The notes under the pieces were generated by a model. It did no database searches. It worked only from the letters and a program-made list of their open reading frames with translations, and had not been told where the DNA came from. From Leucoraja ocellata (taxonomy: Eukaryota), in NCBI GenBank assembly GCA_036785375.1, contig JAWMAR010000027.1:6572001-6636000 (forward strand): a stretch of DNA of 64,000 nucleotides. Direction: 5' to 3'. A program made the position numbers and the translations under genes. Below, one piece after another: positions 14,041-26,907 of this stretch. Every line of letters begins with the position of its first letter. Within the stretch, counting starts at the first letter, position 1.

Positions 14041-15109
14041 CTGGAAAAAAAATATTTTAAAGTAAAACATGAATTAGATTGAAGTGAAGTGGTGAAGTAC
14101 AATTCAAAATCAATTAATCATTCACACTAACAGCCGTAATTCTTCTCTTAAAGGCTTATGAGAGCTAAATTCTGATTAATTATGAGAAAATATTATGAGA
14201 AAAATTGAAGCATTTGAGGTCAAGATGTAGAAGCTGTTCACAAAGATGAAACACTGTAATGAGGTCTGTGTAATGAATACTTTTAATAATCCATTTCTGA
14301 GAGTTACCACTTCCAGTTGTATGAAAATAATTTGAAAGATCTGCTGGTGATATTATGATTACTATATTTCTCAGAACTATTCACTGCCATGCATGCAGAA
14401 TTTAAATTCCTCCTTTTCATTTGGGTTAATTTTTAATATCGAGGATTCCCACAGAGAAGTTTCACGGAAACATGTCATTTTGGTGTCTGCTCATCCAGAA
14501 AATACTCGCAGCACACTGAGATAAATATAAGCACTTGATAGAAGTTGACAAGAGCATAAAGAACATGACACTTGTTTCAAAGGAAATGCAAAAATGAGGA
14601 CAAGGCCATTTGACCCTTCGAGCTGTTCTACTACTGTAAACGATCACAGCTGATCATTCAAATTCAGTTGCATGTTTCTGCTTTCTCCCCATATTCCTTA
14701 ATCCTTCTCACCTCAAGAACAATACTTAACATCTTCTTGGATATATTTTATGATTTAGCTTCAACAATTATCTTTGGTAGGGAATTATATAGATTCACTG
14801 CTCCGTGGAGAAACTAATTCTTCTTTTCAATCTTAAATGGCTTAACTCTTATCATTACAATGTGATGCTACATCTTGGACTCCACACCATCATGTTGTAG
14901 ATTTCTAGAACCCCCCACCCCCCCACCTTCAAAACTCTGGTGAATCAATATATGATTTTGTAACCTGCACTGTCAAGGTTTAACCACCAGACAATTATAT
15001 GAAGAAAGCCATTTGGTGGATTGTAAGCCACCAATTTGGCATTCCAGAGTGATCATTATATATTTTAGATATTTAGAAATCATTAGGTTTCAGTAGATAT
15101 TTAGAGACC

Positions 15110-15515
15110 ATCTTTCTCTGGAACGTCAGAGGTTGAGGTGAGAGTTAATAGAAGTATATAAAATTATGCAAAGAATAGACAGGGTACACAATCAGAACCT
15201 TTTCCCTAGAGTGGACATGGCAAACGCTAGAGGGCAACAACTATTAGGTGAGAGGGGGAAAGTTGAATGGAGATGTGCGAAGCAGGTTTTTTTCACACTG
15301 AGAGTAGTGGGGGTCTGGATGGCATTGCCAGGCGCAATGGTGGCGGCAGATACGAGATTGGCATTGAAGAAGCTTTATATGGGCACATGGAAGTGCAAGG
15401 AAGAGAGTGATATGGATCATGTGCAAGCAGATGATATCAGTTTGTCTTGGCATCATGATCAACACAAACATTGTGGGCCGAAGGGCCCGTTCCAGTGCTG
15501 CACTGTTCTATGTTC
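15110..15515 (+). mobile_element. CR1-like LINE 3' fragment
   Basis: Decayed ORF2 end (NLFPRV..RG..FFTLRVVGVW.ALP) and tail gggccgaagggcccgttccagtgctg. Confidence 0.75.
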
Positions 15516-15544
15516 TATTTTTAAAATATATTATTTTTATTTGA

Positions 15545-16635
15545 AGATAGGCACAAAATGCTGGAGTAACTCAACGGGTCAGACAGCATCCCTGCAGAAA
15601 AAGAATACATGATGTTTCGGGTCGAGACCTATTTTGCCAATGTTTGGCTCCACACTTATGACGTTATCGGAAAAAATAATTTACAACTCCTGCCCTCAAC
15701 TTTTGGATAACATTTACCATCTCGTTGGTGGACTAAAATGCTGGAGAAACTCAGCGGGTGAGGCAGCATCTATGGAGCGAAGGATTAGGTGACATTTCTG
15801 GCTGAGATCATCTTGTTGTACATACCAGGCATGAGGCATTAGCGGTAACACCAACATTTAGTTTACTTTTATCCATTCCCTCAATAATTTGTTTATAATA
15901 TATAAGATTGCTTCCGTTTGTTGACTTTCAGGTTAAAATGCCCTAGTTACGCCAATTTCTGCTCATAATCTGGACTCCAGATGTGGAGTTCCTAATCGCA
16001 CTTCTCAGTACCTCAGTCAACAAATGATTGCCTTAGGTGTAGAACTCATATTCTGTTTTTAAATCGAAGATAAACACAAAGTGCTGAAGTAACTCAGCGG
16101 GACTGGCAGCATCTCTGGAGAGAAGGTTGACTTTGTGTCGAGACCCTTCTTTGGGCTCGAAACGTCCCCCATTCTTCTCTCCAGAGATGTTGCCTGTCCC
16201 ACTTAGTTACTCCAGCATAACAATTGTCTCATGCCTGGATGCATTATTCTAGCTACTGTCTAACTTGCACACAATGAAGATTTTTTTTTTACTACTTTAG
16301 ATTTACCTGCAAATTTGCCGCAGATGGCAAAACTAAATGTGCTCTGCGATCGTGCCTACATTCATAATTCATTTGCAGAGAACAAAGTGCTAGACAACTC
16401 AGCGGGTCAGGCAATATCTCCGGAGGACATGGACAGGCAACGTTTCAAGTTGGGACCCTTCTTCAGATCCCTCGCCTGCAAATTCCTCCATAGATGCTGC
16501 TTGACCTGCTAAATTACTCCAGCACTTTATCATTCCAGCGAAATTACTCCACTAAATTACTCCAGCACCTGCTAAATTATTCCAGCACTTTAATTTCTAT
16601 GCAAAATTCTCGCATCTGCATTCATTGTGTCTCCA
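15545..16635. mobile_element. Cluster of four Penelope terminal-repeat copies or fold-backs
   Basis: Same family motif at about 15545, 15733, 16066-16220 and 16378-16635; the last has tandem aaattactccagcac copies. Confidence 0.65.
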
Positions 16636-18726
16636 AATTTAATTTCATTGACTAAAAAAGAACTGAGTGATTTGGAAGTAATTTGTTTTCCATTACTGTC
16701 ACTTGTCTTGACACTGTTTATTCCAGATAACAAACAAATAATTTCAAACATTATGTTCTGCTCTTGCAATTTATACCCACATTATAAATTAGACAGCAAC
16801 CTCCATTAACAGTTTCAATAATATAATTATAAGACGATACTGTGCTTCAACACAGTATATCATTAGGCAAATTTAAGCTGCCTTTGTGATAATATTTTGT
16901 CAGCTCGAGTAAAAATGCTGCAAGGAGGCTGGTCAAAAAAATACAAGTATTAGCAGGAACAACAGACTTAGGAAAGGACAAAGCTCTGCCCATTTGGCTC
17001 AGTAGTTTGAAGGAGAGAGACCTGATCATTTCAGACCTAGCTGCCAGAGTGTGTGGTCAGAAGCGAGTTAGGTGTCGGTGAATATGGCTGTACATTCATA
17101 TCTATACCTCACTGTCCCACAATATCAATGTGCGAATAGCTTTACCCATCACCTCATCCTTGCCTCCTCTCTTCACCATGACCCTACACTCAAACTTTCT
17201 CGATCTTTAGCTTCAGCATGGAAACAGGCCCTTCGGCCCACTGAGTCCATGCCGACCATCGATATTCCACTTACACAGTTCTATGTTATCTCATTTTCAC
17301 ATCGAATCGAGTCAAGAATTCCAGCTTCACGGGCTCCATTTGCTGACTGTGGGAAACACCCAGCTTGGATTCCAGCACCCTGCAGTTGACTTATAAATGT
17401 CAATTGGACCATTATAGATCTCATCGCATCAGGAGATCAGCCATCCACAGCCTCCAGCTGAAATAAAGTGCACCAACCCCATACTGCTATTTCTTAACCA
17501 AGGTCCACAAACAGTATTGACCTGGTAAACTGATTATTTTTGCCTAAACTTGCTCCACCAAACTTATCTCTTCATACCTTTACCCTATTCTATCACCCCT
17601 TGTGTCGTTTCTTACCACATTCATCTGAGCTATCGCTCGTGCCCTCAACCATCTTGACACCGTATGTTTGCTAGTTGTAAGTTTCATCCTTGGTGTTCCC
17701 CACTTTCTCTCTCTAATCATACTCGGGTCTCTGGTGCTGTAGGGCAGTAACTCTACCGCGGTGCCACTGTGCCGCCTGATATCCTATCACTGCCCACAGG
17801 ACACGTAGAACTCTCAGCAAGATGGCCCTTCCAAATGTGGTCAGGCACAAGTAGACCACGGGTAACTATGCCACGAAAAAGGTTTGAACTGGCAAGATGG
17901 GGGGCAATAATTTCACACTATGCAGGTTTCACAATGCCACTTGCCTATTGTGAGGTGGGTATAAAACTCGGGAAAACAACAGATTCAAATTACATATTAG
18001 CAAAATGTCAGCTCAACTTAAATTCTCAAATTTTCAACTGATTCATTGCAGCTCTTCCAAATAAAATGCTATATTGCTGCATTTACGTGCTGGTCAGGCT
18101 GATTGCATGAAATAAAGCAAGCTATAACCCTAAAATCATCTCCAGTCATGCACATTGAAGAATACTGTGATGAAATTTCATGCCTGCACAGACATAAGTG
18201 ATTGGGAGACAGATAGGAGATTCATCAAATTGAGGGATTCTAGCCTTCATGGATTCTATCGTGCAGAAATAGTCGAAGAGGAACCACCAGATTTGCACAA
18301 TTGGGCAGCTGTTTAACTGGAAAAAGGCTGTCATTTTGCTCGGTTCGATGGGAAGATAACTTGTAATTGCAGCTTCTTGCCATAAAAATGAAGTCAGCAC
18401 ATTTTGTTAGATAAATGCGCTGCTGTAAATTTTAAAGTGAAATTTAGTTATTTTGTTATCTCTCAGTTCATAATTGCTTTGAATTTTGCTGAGCAGATGA
18501 CGATGCTCCAAAAATGCTCTCATACACCCGGACTCTGAGCAGACCACTTGACAAACTTCCTACAGGGAAGAAGCCATCATTTTACTATTGGTGGACACCG
18601 GAAAATTTCACAGAAGGCTCTTGTTTCAGATTATCCAGGAGACTGCAACCTAGTCAGGAGACCACCTCATTTTCAATGTTCCCACAAGGTCTAATGTATT
18701 GTTTTAGGGATGCAACTTCAAAACAA

Positions 18727-19205
18727 GAGTTTTAGACTTTAGAGATAAGCGTGGAAACAGACCCCTCGGCCCACCGAGTCCATGCTGACCAGTGATCTCC
18801 CTCGTACACCAGCACTATCCTACACACTCGGGACAATTTACAAATTACAGAATCCAAATTGACCTATAAACCTGTACGTCTTGGGAGTGTGGGAGGAAAT
18901 TCCACGGAGCACCTGGAGAAACCCCTGGAGCACTGATGGCGGCATGGAGGTAGATATCAGCGGTAGAGTTGCTGCCTTGCAGTGCCTTAGTCTCAGGTTC
19001 AATCCCGACTACGGGTGCTGTCTGTACAGAGTTGGTACGTTCTCCCCGTGAGTTTACTCTGAGATCTTTGGTTTCATCCCACACTCCAAAGACGTACAAG
19101 TCTGTAGGTTATTTGGCGTGGTATGAGTGTAAATTGTCCCTAGTGTGTGTAGTTTAGTGTTAATCTACCATAGATAGATGGTGTGAGGGTGACAGACTGT
19201 TTCCA
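18727..19205. mobile_element. Two adjacent inverted HE1-like SINEs
   Basis: Minus copy at about 18727-18930 and plus copy at about 18937-19205. Confidence 0.8.
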
Positions 19206-21379
19206 CATATTATTTGCCGTCTGAGAACAGGGTTTGTGGAGTTGGGTCTTTGTGAGAATCTTGAGCAATTTGATTAGCCTGCAATATGGTTAGACACATG
19301 TGCAAGAAGGAACTGCAGATGCTGATTTACACTGAAAATAGACATAAAATGCTGGAGTAACTCAGCGGGTCAGGCAGCAGGTCTGGAGAAAAGGAATAGG
19401 TGGTGTTTCGGGTTGAAGCCCTTTTTCAGACTGAGAATCAGGAGAGAGGGAAATTGGAGGTACGAAATGTACTGATGACCAAGGATAGATGGGGCCCACA
19501 GTAGTCCATTGTTGACTGGCACCTCATTCACACCCATGACCATGTGAAAGCAGTGAAAGGTCTGTCCATGTGCTGCATATGCTATGTGTCCTATAAAATC
19601 CAATGTAATTTATACCGTAGCCATGACAGCAGCTCTGCAAACAGGTCAAGGACTGTTACCATTGGTTTGGAAAATCTTAGCCTTCAGAAAGCTGAAAATT
19701 GAAGGATGGCTCCCAGAATTTATGTGAGGGTATGCTCCCAGAACTTAAACACTACTTCCCTCTCTCTATCTGGATACCCAGCCATTCTGTCTTCACTCTC
19801 AGCTCATACAGTGCCCATAGTGAGGCCACCTCATAAATAGATTCCTTAGGCTAAGGGAGACCAAGGAAAATAAAATCATCCAGAGAGTAGCTGCAATCTG
19901 GAATACACGACCGGAGTTGGTGGTGGAGGCAGATAAACTCACAATTTAAAATATATCTCGATAAAAACTTAAATCGCAAAGACATAGAAGTCGGTGGAAC
20001 AAGTGTTGGCAAATGGAATTGGCACAGATGGTTGCCGTAGAACTGGCGAGCCGAAGGGCCTATTCCTTGGCTGTACGAGTCTATGACATATTGTGAGAAT
20101 AAATCAAAGGAATATTCAGGAAGGATCCAAAGTTTCTATGCTAAAGAGCTGAATGTTTCGAGTTGGGACCCTTCTTCAGATGAGCATCTTAAGAAGGGTG
20201 CCAATCCTAAACGTCATGTCCATTCCCCTCCACAGATGCTGCCTAACCCACTGAGTTCCTTCAGCAGTTTCTTCTTTACTCAATTCCAGCATCTGCAGCC
20301 TCTTGTATTTGGCATGTATCATGGCCAGGAATACCAGCTTAAATTTCCTGAACAGTAAAATGATTTCCTTTCCCCCCCATAACAAATCAATTTTATTCAA
20401 TCACGTTGCACTTAAAAACATTGCTAAGTTATCCAATATCTCAGCAAACTTTCTACCCCTTGCCATCCAACTGTCTACAGTTATTTCCTGAACTTTTTTT
20501 GCAGCTGAATCAGAAGAAACTTCATGAAATACTTATGAAAAGATCAGTGTCATTGTAATTCATCAATTGGGATTGCAAAATAGAATGGGAAAGCTCGATA
20601 ACAATGCATTGTGACAAACATTGAAACATGCAACAATTAAGGGGCCAACTCTATCGTTGTTAGCTCATCCAGCAGATTGTGAGTAACTACAGCACAACTG
20701 AGTCAAAATCCCAGACCCAACAAAATATTTGTTAATGTCACTGGAGTTTTGTTTTTATATTTTTCAGAAAAAGAATCATAGGATCATTGGACAGTGAGAA
20801 CAAATCACAAGTATATTTCCCAATATTATTTTCCAAATGTTTTCCAATGTCCTACTTGCTATTTGCTGGTGTGCCCACTGGCTGGTGTACCCACCAGCAT
20901 GGGGACAGCGTTCTAGCTGCTGATTACATTAATAAACTATTTCATTAAGGCACCTCTGATTTATTTGGCAATCACTTAAATCTATATTTTATCCCCCTTG
21001 TCATGCAAAAGACTGAAGATCCAATTTATTTAGTCCACCACATCCATTATGATTCTGAACGTCAAATAATTTATGCACCTGCCATACCTTGAGGAGAATA
21101 TCCCCGTTCACGAGTTTAACCACAAAAATAATCTCGCAGCTTTGAGAGTTATTCTAGTCAATTGCCTCTTCCAAATCACTAAAGTTTTCACATGCTTTCC
21201 AAAAGTGTGGAGCCCAGAACTGAACACAATCGAGCCAGGGTCAAATTTATTATTCATAAAGATATTGCAACTTAATGTAAGGTTAACTAAGTTGATAATA
21301 AAGCAAAAGAGATCTTGAACTCCATAGTTAAAAATGCAAAGCCTTGGAGCTTTTGTGCTTTATTAAGGTCTTGTTGAGC

Positions 21380-21690
21380 ATTTAGACATTAGATTTTAGA
21401 GATACAGAATGGCAACAGACCCTTCAGTCCACCAAGTTTGTGCCGACCAGAGATAACCCTGTCCGTACACAAGCACTATCCTACACACTAGGGACACTTT
21501 ACAATTAACAAAATCCAATTAACATACAATCCGTATGTCTTTTGAGTGTGGGAAACCAGAGCACCCAGAGAAAACCCATGCGGTCTCGGGGAGAACGTAC
21601 AAACTCCTTACAGACAGCACCTGTAGTCTGGAGCCAAAACAAGATCTCTGGTGCTGTGAAGCAGCCGCTCCACCAGATGCATTACTGCCT
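21380..21690 (-). mobile_element. HE1-like V-SINE
   Basis: Same family motifs. Confidence 0.78.
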
Positions 21691-23465
21691 TCTTGCATCA
21701 TTTTTTACATCTCTATCAACCTCAATTCTATTTAGTGCTGTCTTGCCTCATTATTCGTACAAAACCATTTTACATTCACCTCACACACAGTTACTTTGAA
21801 TTTTAGCTGCCATTATTTCAGGTCCATCATCTTGATGTTTCCACTTTTTTATTCTCACAAAATTGCATTTGAAATTGCCACTTGGATGTTTTATTCTCAA
21901 TTATTGTATGACAGCAAATTCTGGATGATTTTATTTGAAATTCCAGCTTTGAATGATGTAATAGTGTCACTATATTTCTAAGCTTAAGTAGATTATTTCA
22001 TCAAACAGAGCAACATATTTCAATCCTGGATGAATTTTCATTGTGTGTTTTGCAATCAGGATTACAAAAATGCTGAATGTCAATCATCTGGCGTGAAGGT
22101 CATACATTTGCATCCGTTAATGTGATATATTTCTGATGTTTGGCATTCACAGAAGTAAACACAACTCTCCAATGTTGATTAGTGAGAGTACAGGACCCTC
22201 AGAGATTTTACATCACAAAGAAATGCAAAAACACGACTGCCTTTGGCATCTAATTTATCTGACAGGTATTCCTATACGTCAGCTTGGTTTCTTCCAAGCT
22301 TCTACACTGCATCATTAATAACCTTGCTGACCTATTCCAAGGATTACATCAGTCAATGTTGACAGGAGTCAATGTTGACAGAAGAATTCTATCGGACTCA
22401 AAATCTTCGCTGAGCATTTTTTATGAAGCAAATTGTCTCATCAGCTGTTTAAAACAGTAGACTTATTGGTTTAAGTTATTTACTATTTATTTTGAAAAAT
22501 ATTGTCAGTCATAGCTAAAGATAGTTGCTTATCTATGTCGGGCACAATGAGTGCTGGAATTGTCTTCTAGTAATCCACAGCTCTCACCTTCTAAAATTAA
22601 GGACTTTAAAAAGTGCCAAAACTCATTGTGCCACCGATGTTGTCAAAAAGATCGAAGATACATTTACTCAGAGTTGTGGTTATATAATGTCACATTGCAG
22701 TTGCAAGAGTTTAAAAAGGTAAGAGGGAATAAAGATGAATTGAAATACCATGCCATTGATCTCTTCGGAAGGAAACAAGTTAGAAGTGGCGACATTGCAA
22801 TGGATTGTAAATTCAAACTACTGATGCTCAGAACAGAAAGAGTTATTGGGAGATCGAAGTGCAAGAGATTCGAGGTGAGAGGGCAATCCATCATCAGATA
22901 AACATTTTATTGCAATGTACAACCTCAATATTCAGTACCTTTGAATTAAAAATCAATAATCTGCGCATTACTTTAGATGCAGTGCGTTCATATTTGGATG
23001 TGAATAACCGGTTCAGCTGAATTCTTACTATTTAGGTCATCGAAGGACTTTATGCTTTTTGGATTTTTGGTCTAATATATTAGACAAAGTTTAGTTTACT
23101 ATTATCACGTGTACCGAGGTACAGTGAAGAGCTTTTCGGTGCGAGCTATCCAGTCAGCGAAAAGACTACACATGATTACTGCAAGAATTAATTTAATTGT
23201 TCAGTTGTTGCTATATACTGCATAACAAACACTCTTGACTTGATTAATCTGAAACAGTGATTCATTATTTTTCTGCTGCCTATAAATAAAAGGCGAGCAT
23301 ATTGTGCAGAAATGTTATGACAAAATTATTCTGAATAAAAGTTCATAACGAAAATGGATTATACGTCGAGCTTCAACACATGAACAGATAACGGATTGCA
23401 AAGTACTCCATGTAATGGACTGAAAGAAACAGTCAAAATGCTTTAATTCCAACAGGTTAACTTAC

Positions 23466-23483
23466 TTAGTTCATGAATGAAAG
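23466..23483 (-). CDS. CHL1: Candidate 18-nt phase 1-1 microexon (adds AFIHEL)
   Basis: ttttcattttccctttgctttccttggatataaAG|CTTTCATTCATGAACTAA|GTAAGT. Frame-preserving, no stop, and at the position of the L1CAM YEGHH, NrCAM and neurofascin N-terminal microexons. Confidence 0.7.
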   Translation of the reverse strand, partial: LSFMN

Positions 23484-23813
23484 CTTTATATCCAAGGAAA
23501 GCAAAGGGAAAATGAAAACAACAATTATTACATGCTCCATATTCTCCAGTCAGTTCTTTATTATGTCTTAAGCTTTGAGTATGAAAACTAGTCGATGCAA
23601 AAAGACAACTGATTACTTGTAGGTTGTATGCAAATGTAAAAATAATGCTAACTTATACTCGTAGATCGTAAAAGACGTATTTATTGTCTCAAATTGTGTT
23701 TGTTTAGCCATGCAGAAACAATACCATTTCAATTTGATGACATAAAGTGTTGTACAATGTTTGGATTGTCGCATTTAAGTGTATCATTTTCAAGAACAAA
23801 TTATTTCAAAAAT

Positions 23814-25330
23814 GTGTAGGAAAGAACAGCAGATGGCGGTTTAAATCGAAGGTAGACACAAAATGCTGGAGTAATCAGCAGGGCAGGCAGCATCTCTGGA
23901 GAGGCATGGGTGACGTTTCGTGTCGAGACCCTTCTTCAGACTGTTATCAGGAGAGTGGGCGGGACAGAGATAGAATGTAGTCGGAGACAGTAAGACTGGT
24001 GGGAGAACTGGGAAGGGGGAGGGGATGGAGAGAGAGGTAAAGCAAGGGCTATATGAAGTTAGAGAAGTCAATGTTCACACTGCTGGGGTGAATGCTACCC
24101 AAGTGAAATATGAGGTGCTGTTCCTCTAATTTGCGCTCAGCCTCACTCTGACAATGGAGGAGGCCGAGGACAGAAAGGTCAGATTGGGAAAGGGAAGAGG
24201 AGGTATAGTGCTGAGCAACCGGCAGATCAGGTAGGTTAAGGCGGTGGTGTTCAGAGAAACGATCGCCGAGCTTGCACTTGGTCTCATCGATATACAGGAG
24301 TTGACACCTGGAACAGCGGATACAGTAGATGAGGTTGGAGGAGGTGCAAGTAAACCTCTGCCTCACCTGAAAAGACTGCTGGGGTCCTTGGATGGAGTCG
24401 AGGTGGGAGGTAAAGGGACAGGTGTTGCATCCCCTGTAATTGCAGGGGAAAGTACCTGGGGAGGGGTGGTTTGGGTGGGAAGCGATGAGTTGACCTTCAA
24501 TGAGGGGATCAATGAGGGGATCTTATTGAAACATATAAGATTATTAAGGGTTTGGACATGATAGAGGCAGAAAACATGTTCCCATCATTGGGGGAGTCCA
24601 GAACCAGGGGCCACAATTTAAGAATAAGGGATAAGCCATTTAGAACGGAGATGAGGAAAAACTTTTTCACACAGAGACTTGTGAGCCTGTGGAATTCTCT
24701 GCCTCAGAAGGCAGTGGAGGCCTGTTCTCTGTATTGTTTCAAGAGAGAGTTAGATGGAGCTCTTAAAGATGGCGGAGTCAGGGGATATGTGGAAAGGGCA
24801 GAAACGGGGTACTGATTGTGGATGATCAGCCATGGTCACATTCAATGGCGGTGCTGGCTCGAAGAGCTGAATGGCCTACTGCACCTATTGTCTATTGACC
24901 AGGGTATTGCGGAGGGAATGGTTTCTGCTGAAAGCAGAAAGAAGAGGAGATGGGAAGATGTGGCCAATAGTGGGATCCCGTTGGAGGTGGCTAAAATGTT
25001 GGAGGATTATATGCTGTATGCGATGGCTGATGGGGTGAAAGGTGAGGACAAGGGGGACTGTCCTTTTTACGAATGGGGGGAGGGGGAGCAAGAGTGGAGC
25101 TACGGGATATCGGGGAGACCCTAGTGAGAGCTTTATCTTTAATGGAAAGGGGAAAACCCCGTTTCCTCAAGAATGAGGACATCTCCGATGGAAAGCCTAA
25201 TTCTGGGCGTAGATGCGGCGTAGACGGAGGAATTGGGAGTAGAGGGATAGAGTCTTAACAGGAAGCAGGGTGGGAAGAAGTGTAGTATAGATAGCTATGG
25301 GAGTCAGTGGGTTTGTAATAGATGTCAGTC
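23814..25330 (-). mobile_element. Penelope-like retroelement, 5'-truncated and decayed (RT C-terminus, linker, GIY-YIG endonuclease, terminal repeat)
   Basis: Minus ORF pieces MSSFLRKRGFP..., VPLVLTFHP...PLLSAFSRNHSLRNTLV and FTCTSSNLIYCIRCSRCQLLYIDETK..LGDRFSEH..VAQHY..EEQHLIF (PLE-type GIY-YIG), with frameshifts. Terminal repeat at about 23814-23945. Confidence 0.85.
24496..24894 (+). mobile_element. CR1/HER1-like LINE 3' fragment nested in the Penelope element
   Basis: ORF SRTRGHNLRIR..FRTEMRKNFFTQRLVSLWNSLP (CR1 ORF2 end) plus 3' tail; target duplication TTGACC at 24490-24495 and 24895-24900. Confidence 0.88.
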
Positions 25331-26715
25331 AATAATATGTCTAAATGCCTTGATTTATAAATTTTATTTTACTTATTGTAAAATGCCATTACTTCCTTCG
25401 TTGTGTGAAAGCAGTCTAGCAAAATGATGTTTTGTTCCTAGGTGTTCATATGTTTGGTTGTGCCCGATTTCACTGCTACGCTGATAGGATTGGTTTTAAC
25501 AGGGTAAGTTCAGGAAGCTGGAACTTCTTGGCTGAGCCTAAACAGGCGTCAATATAAAAATATGTTGCTGCTGGCAGAATTGGTAGTTCTGGTGCCAACA
25601 GTCTGGCCTTTTCTAAACCCCACATTTAAAACTTACTTGGATAAAACATTGCAATAGAGTCCTTGTTTTGTACCACAGAAAGAAAATCCAGTCAAATATA
25701 GGTTACTAGTTCAATCTAAACTGACAATGTAATAGCCAACAGTTAATTTAATTTCCTCCAATTACACTGTAATAGAACCACACAAATAATTCGATTTATC
25801 AGATGCAACATTGCAATCAGTTGAATCATTAATCAACTTAACATTCTTACAAGATTTGTTAGTTATTATACACATTTATTTATTAGGAACATTTTAATAA
25901 GTAAACTGGTGGACATCTTTGACATTCTTGATCATATCTAATTTTCTCGGCCTTTACTTATATACACACACCTGTGAATCTTAGTTATCTTGCACATATA
26001 TACACGCTTAATAATTGAGAAGAAAATCATAAACAGTATTAGCAGCAAATCCATCAATTAGCGTGTAAAACATTGACGAGCTTATCAGTAATGTTGCATT
26101 TATTAAAGCACAATGACAGCCACTTCATTAATTGATCAGTTATTCTTCTCGTTATATGTAGCTATCTTTTTTTATACTGCATATATAAGACGTCCTGTTA
26201 ATGAACATTTATGCTGCCATACCCAGCAGCCACATTAAAAGCCTGAATAATGGATCAAGTCTCATCAATAATTTATCGCACGTCAGTAGCTGGTTGCAAC
26301 TGGATCACAAAATTACTAAAGCTTGATAGGATTCTGCTGCAGATTTCTTGGCAGTATAAGGGATTTTATTTTTTTACCATTTTAACTCCTGAATATTAAA
26401 TTCATTTTCTCAGTTTTGGAAACAAGGATTTTTACCAATATTCTGGATGCTGCAATTTTCATCACAATAAAAGATAATTGTCAATGCAAAATTGAGAGCA
26501 AATTTAGACAAATAATTCCTAGCTATGCTATTCGAGATCAGAATAACAAAATTACACCAGCAGCATTCTAATTAATAAAGTCTTTCCAAAATTCATTAAT
26601 TTATATGGACAAGATGGGAAAAGAGCTAGTACCATTATCACATGTGAATTCACACATGAAACCAGATAGCCATAACATGATATAAAAAGCAGGTATTTAA
26701 TTAATTGATTCTTAC

Positions 26716-26794
26716 CATCTTCTGGAATCTCCATGGATGAACTCCACTTGGACCAACACAGAAAACATAACAGGAGAGTTCTTGTTAGTAGCAT
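26716..26794 (-). CDS. CHL1: L1-family CAM (CHL1-like), first coding exon: signal peptide
   Basis: ATG at 26794 gives MLLTRTLLLCFLCWSKWSSSMEIPED plus 1 nt, then a GTAAG donor. A hydrophobic signal followed by (M/I)EIP matches L1-family N-termini (CHL1 IEIPSS, L1CAM IQIPEE). Family is secure; the paralog is less so. Confidence 0.8.
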
Positions 26795-26907
26795 CTTCAG
26801 CAGTTGGGAGATCAAACAAGAGCCAAAAGAAAACGTGAAGAATCCCTCTGTGATTCCACTGTCTCAGTTCAGTTTACCGCACAGCCATGAGTCACACTGA
26901 CCAGAAT
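26795..26907 (-). other. 5'UTR part of the first coding exon
   Basis: Strong acceptor tttcaccctttgtacctctccAG precedes 26907 on the minus strand, implying upstream non-coding exon(s). Confidence 0.65.

Noticed and set aside
16500-16590. Short direct repeats with variable spacers (CRISPR-like look)
   Set aside because: Slippage copies of a Penelope repeat end in vertebrate DNA; irregular spacing and no cas genes.
20893-20913. RE1/NRSE-like CAGCATGGGGACAGCG (L1CAM has an intronic NRSE)
   Set aside because: Left half-site mismatched and spacer too short; no canonical RE1 seen by eye.
25637-25661. Strong GTAAGT donor in the intron after the start exon
   Set aside because: The nearest AG gives a 25-nt frameshifting exon with a poor pyrimidine tract.
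26795-26815. Longer start MISQLLK in the ORF track
   Set aside because: It begins at a non-ATG codon; the first in-frame ATG is 26794, and the ORF tail past 26716 is intron.
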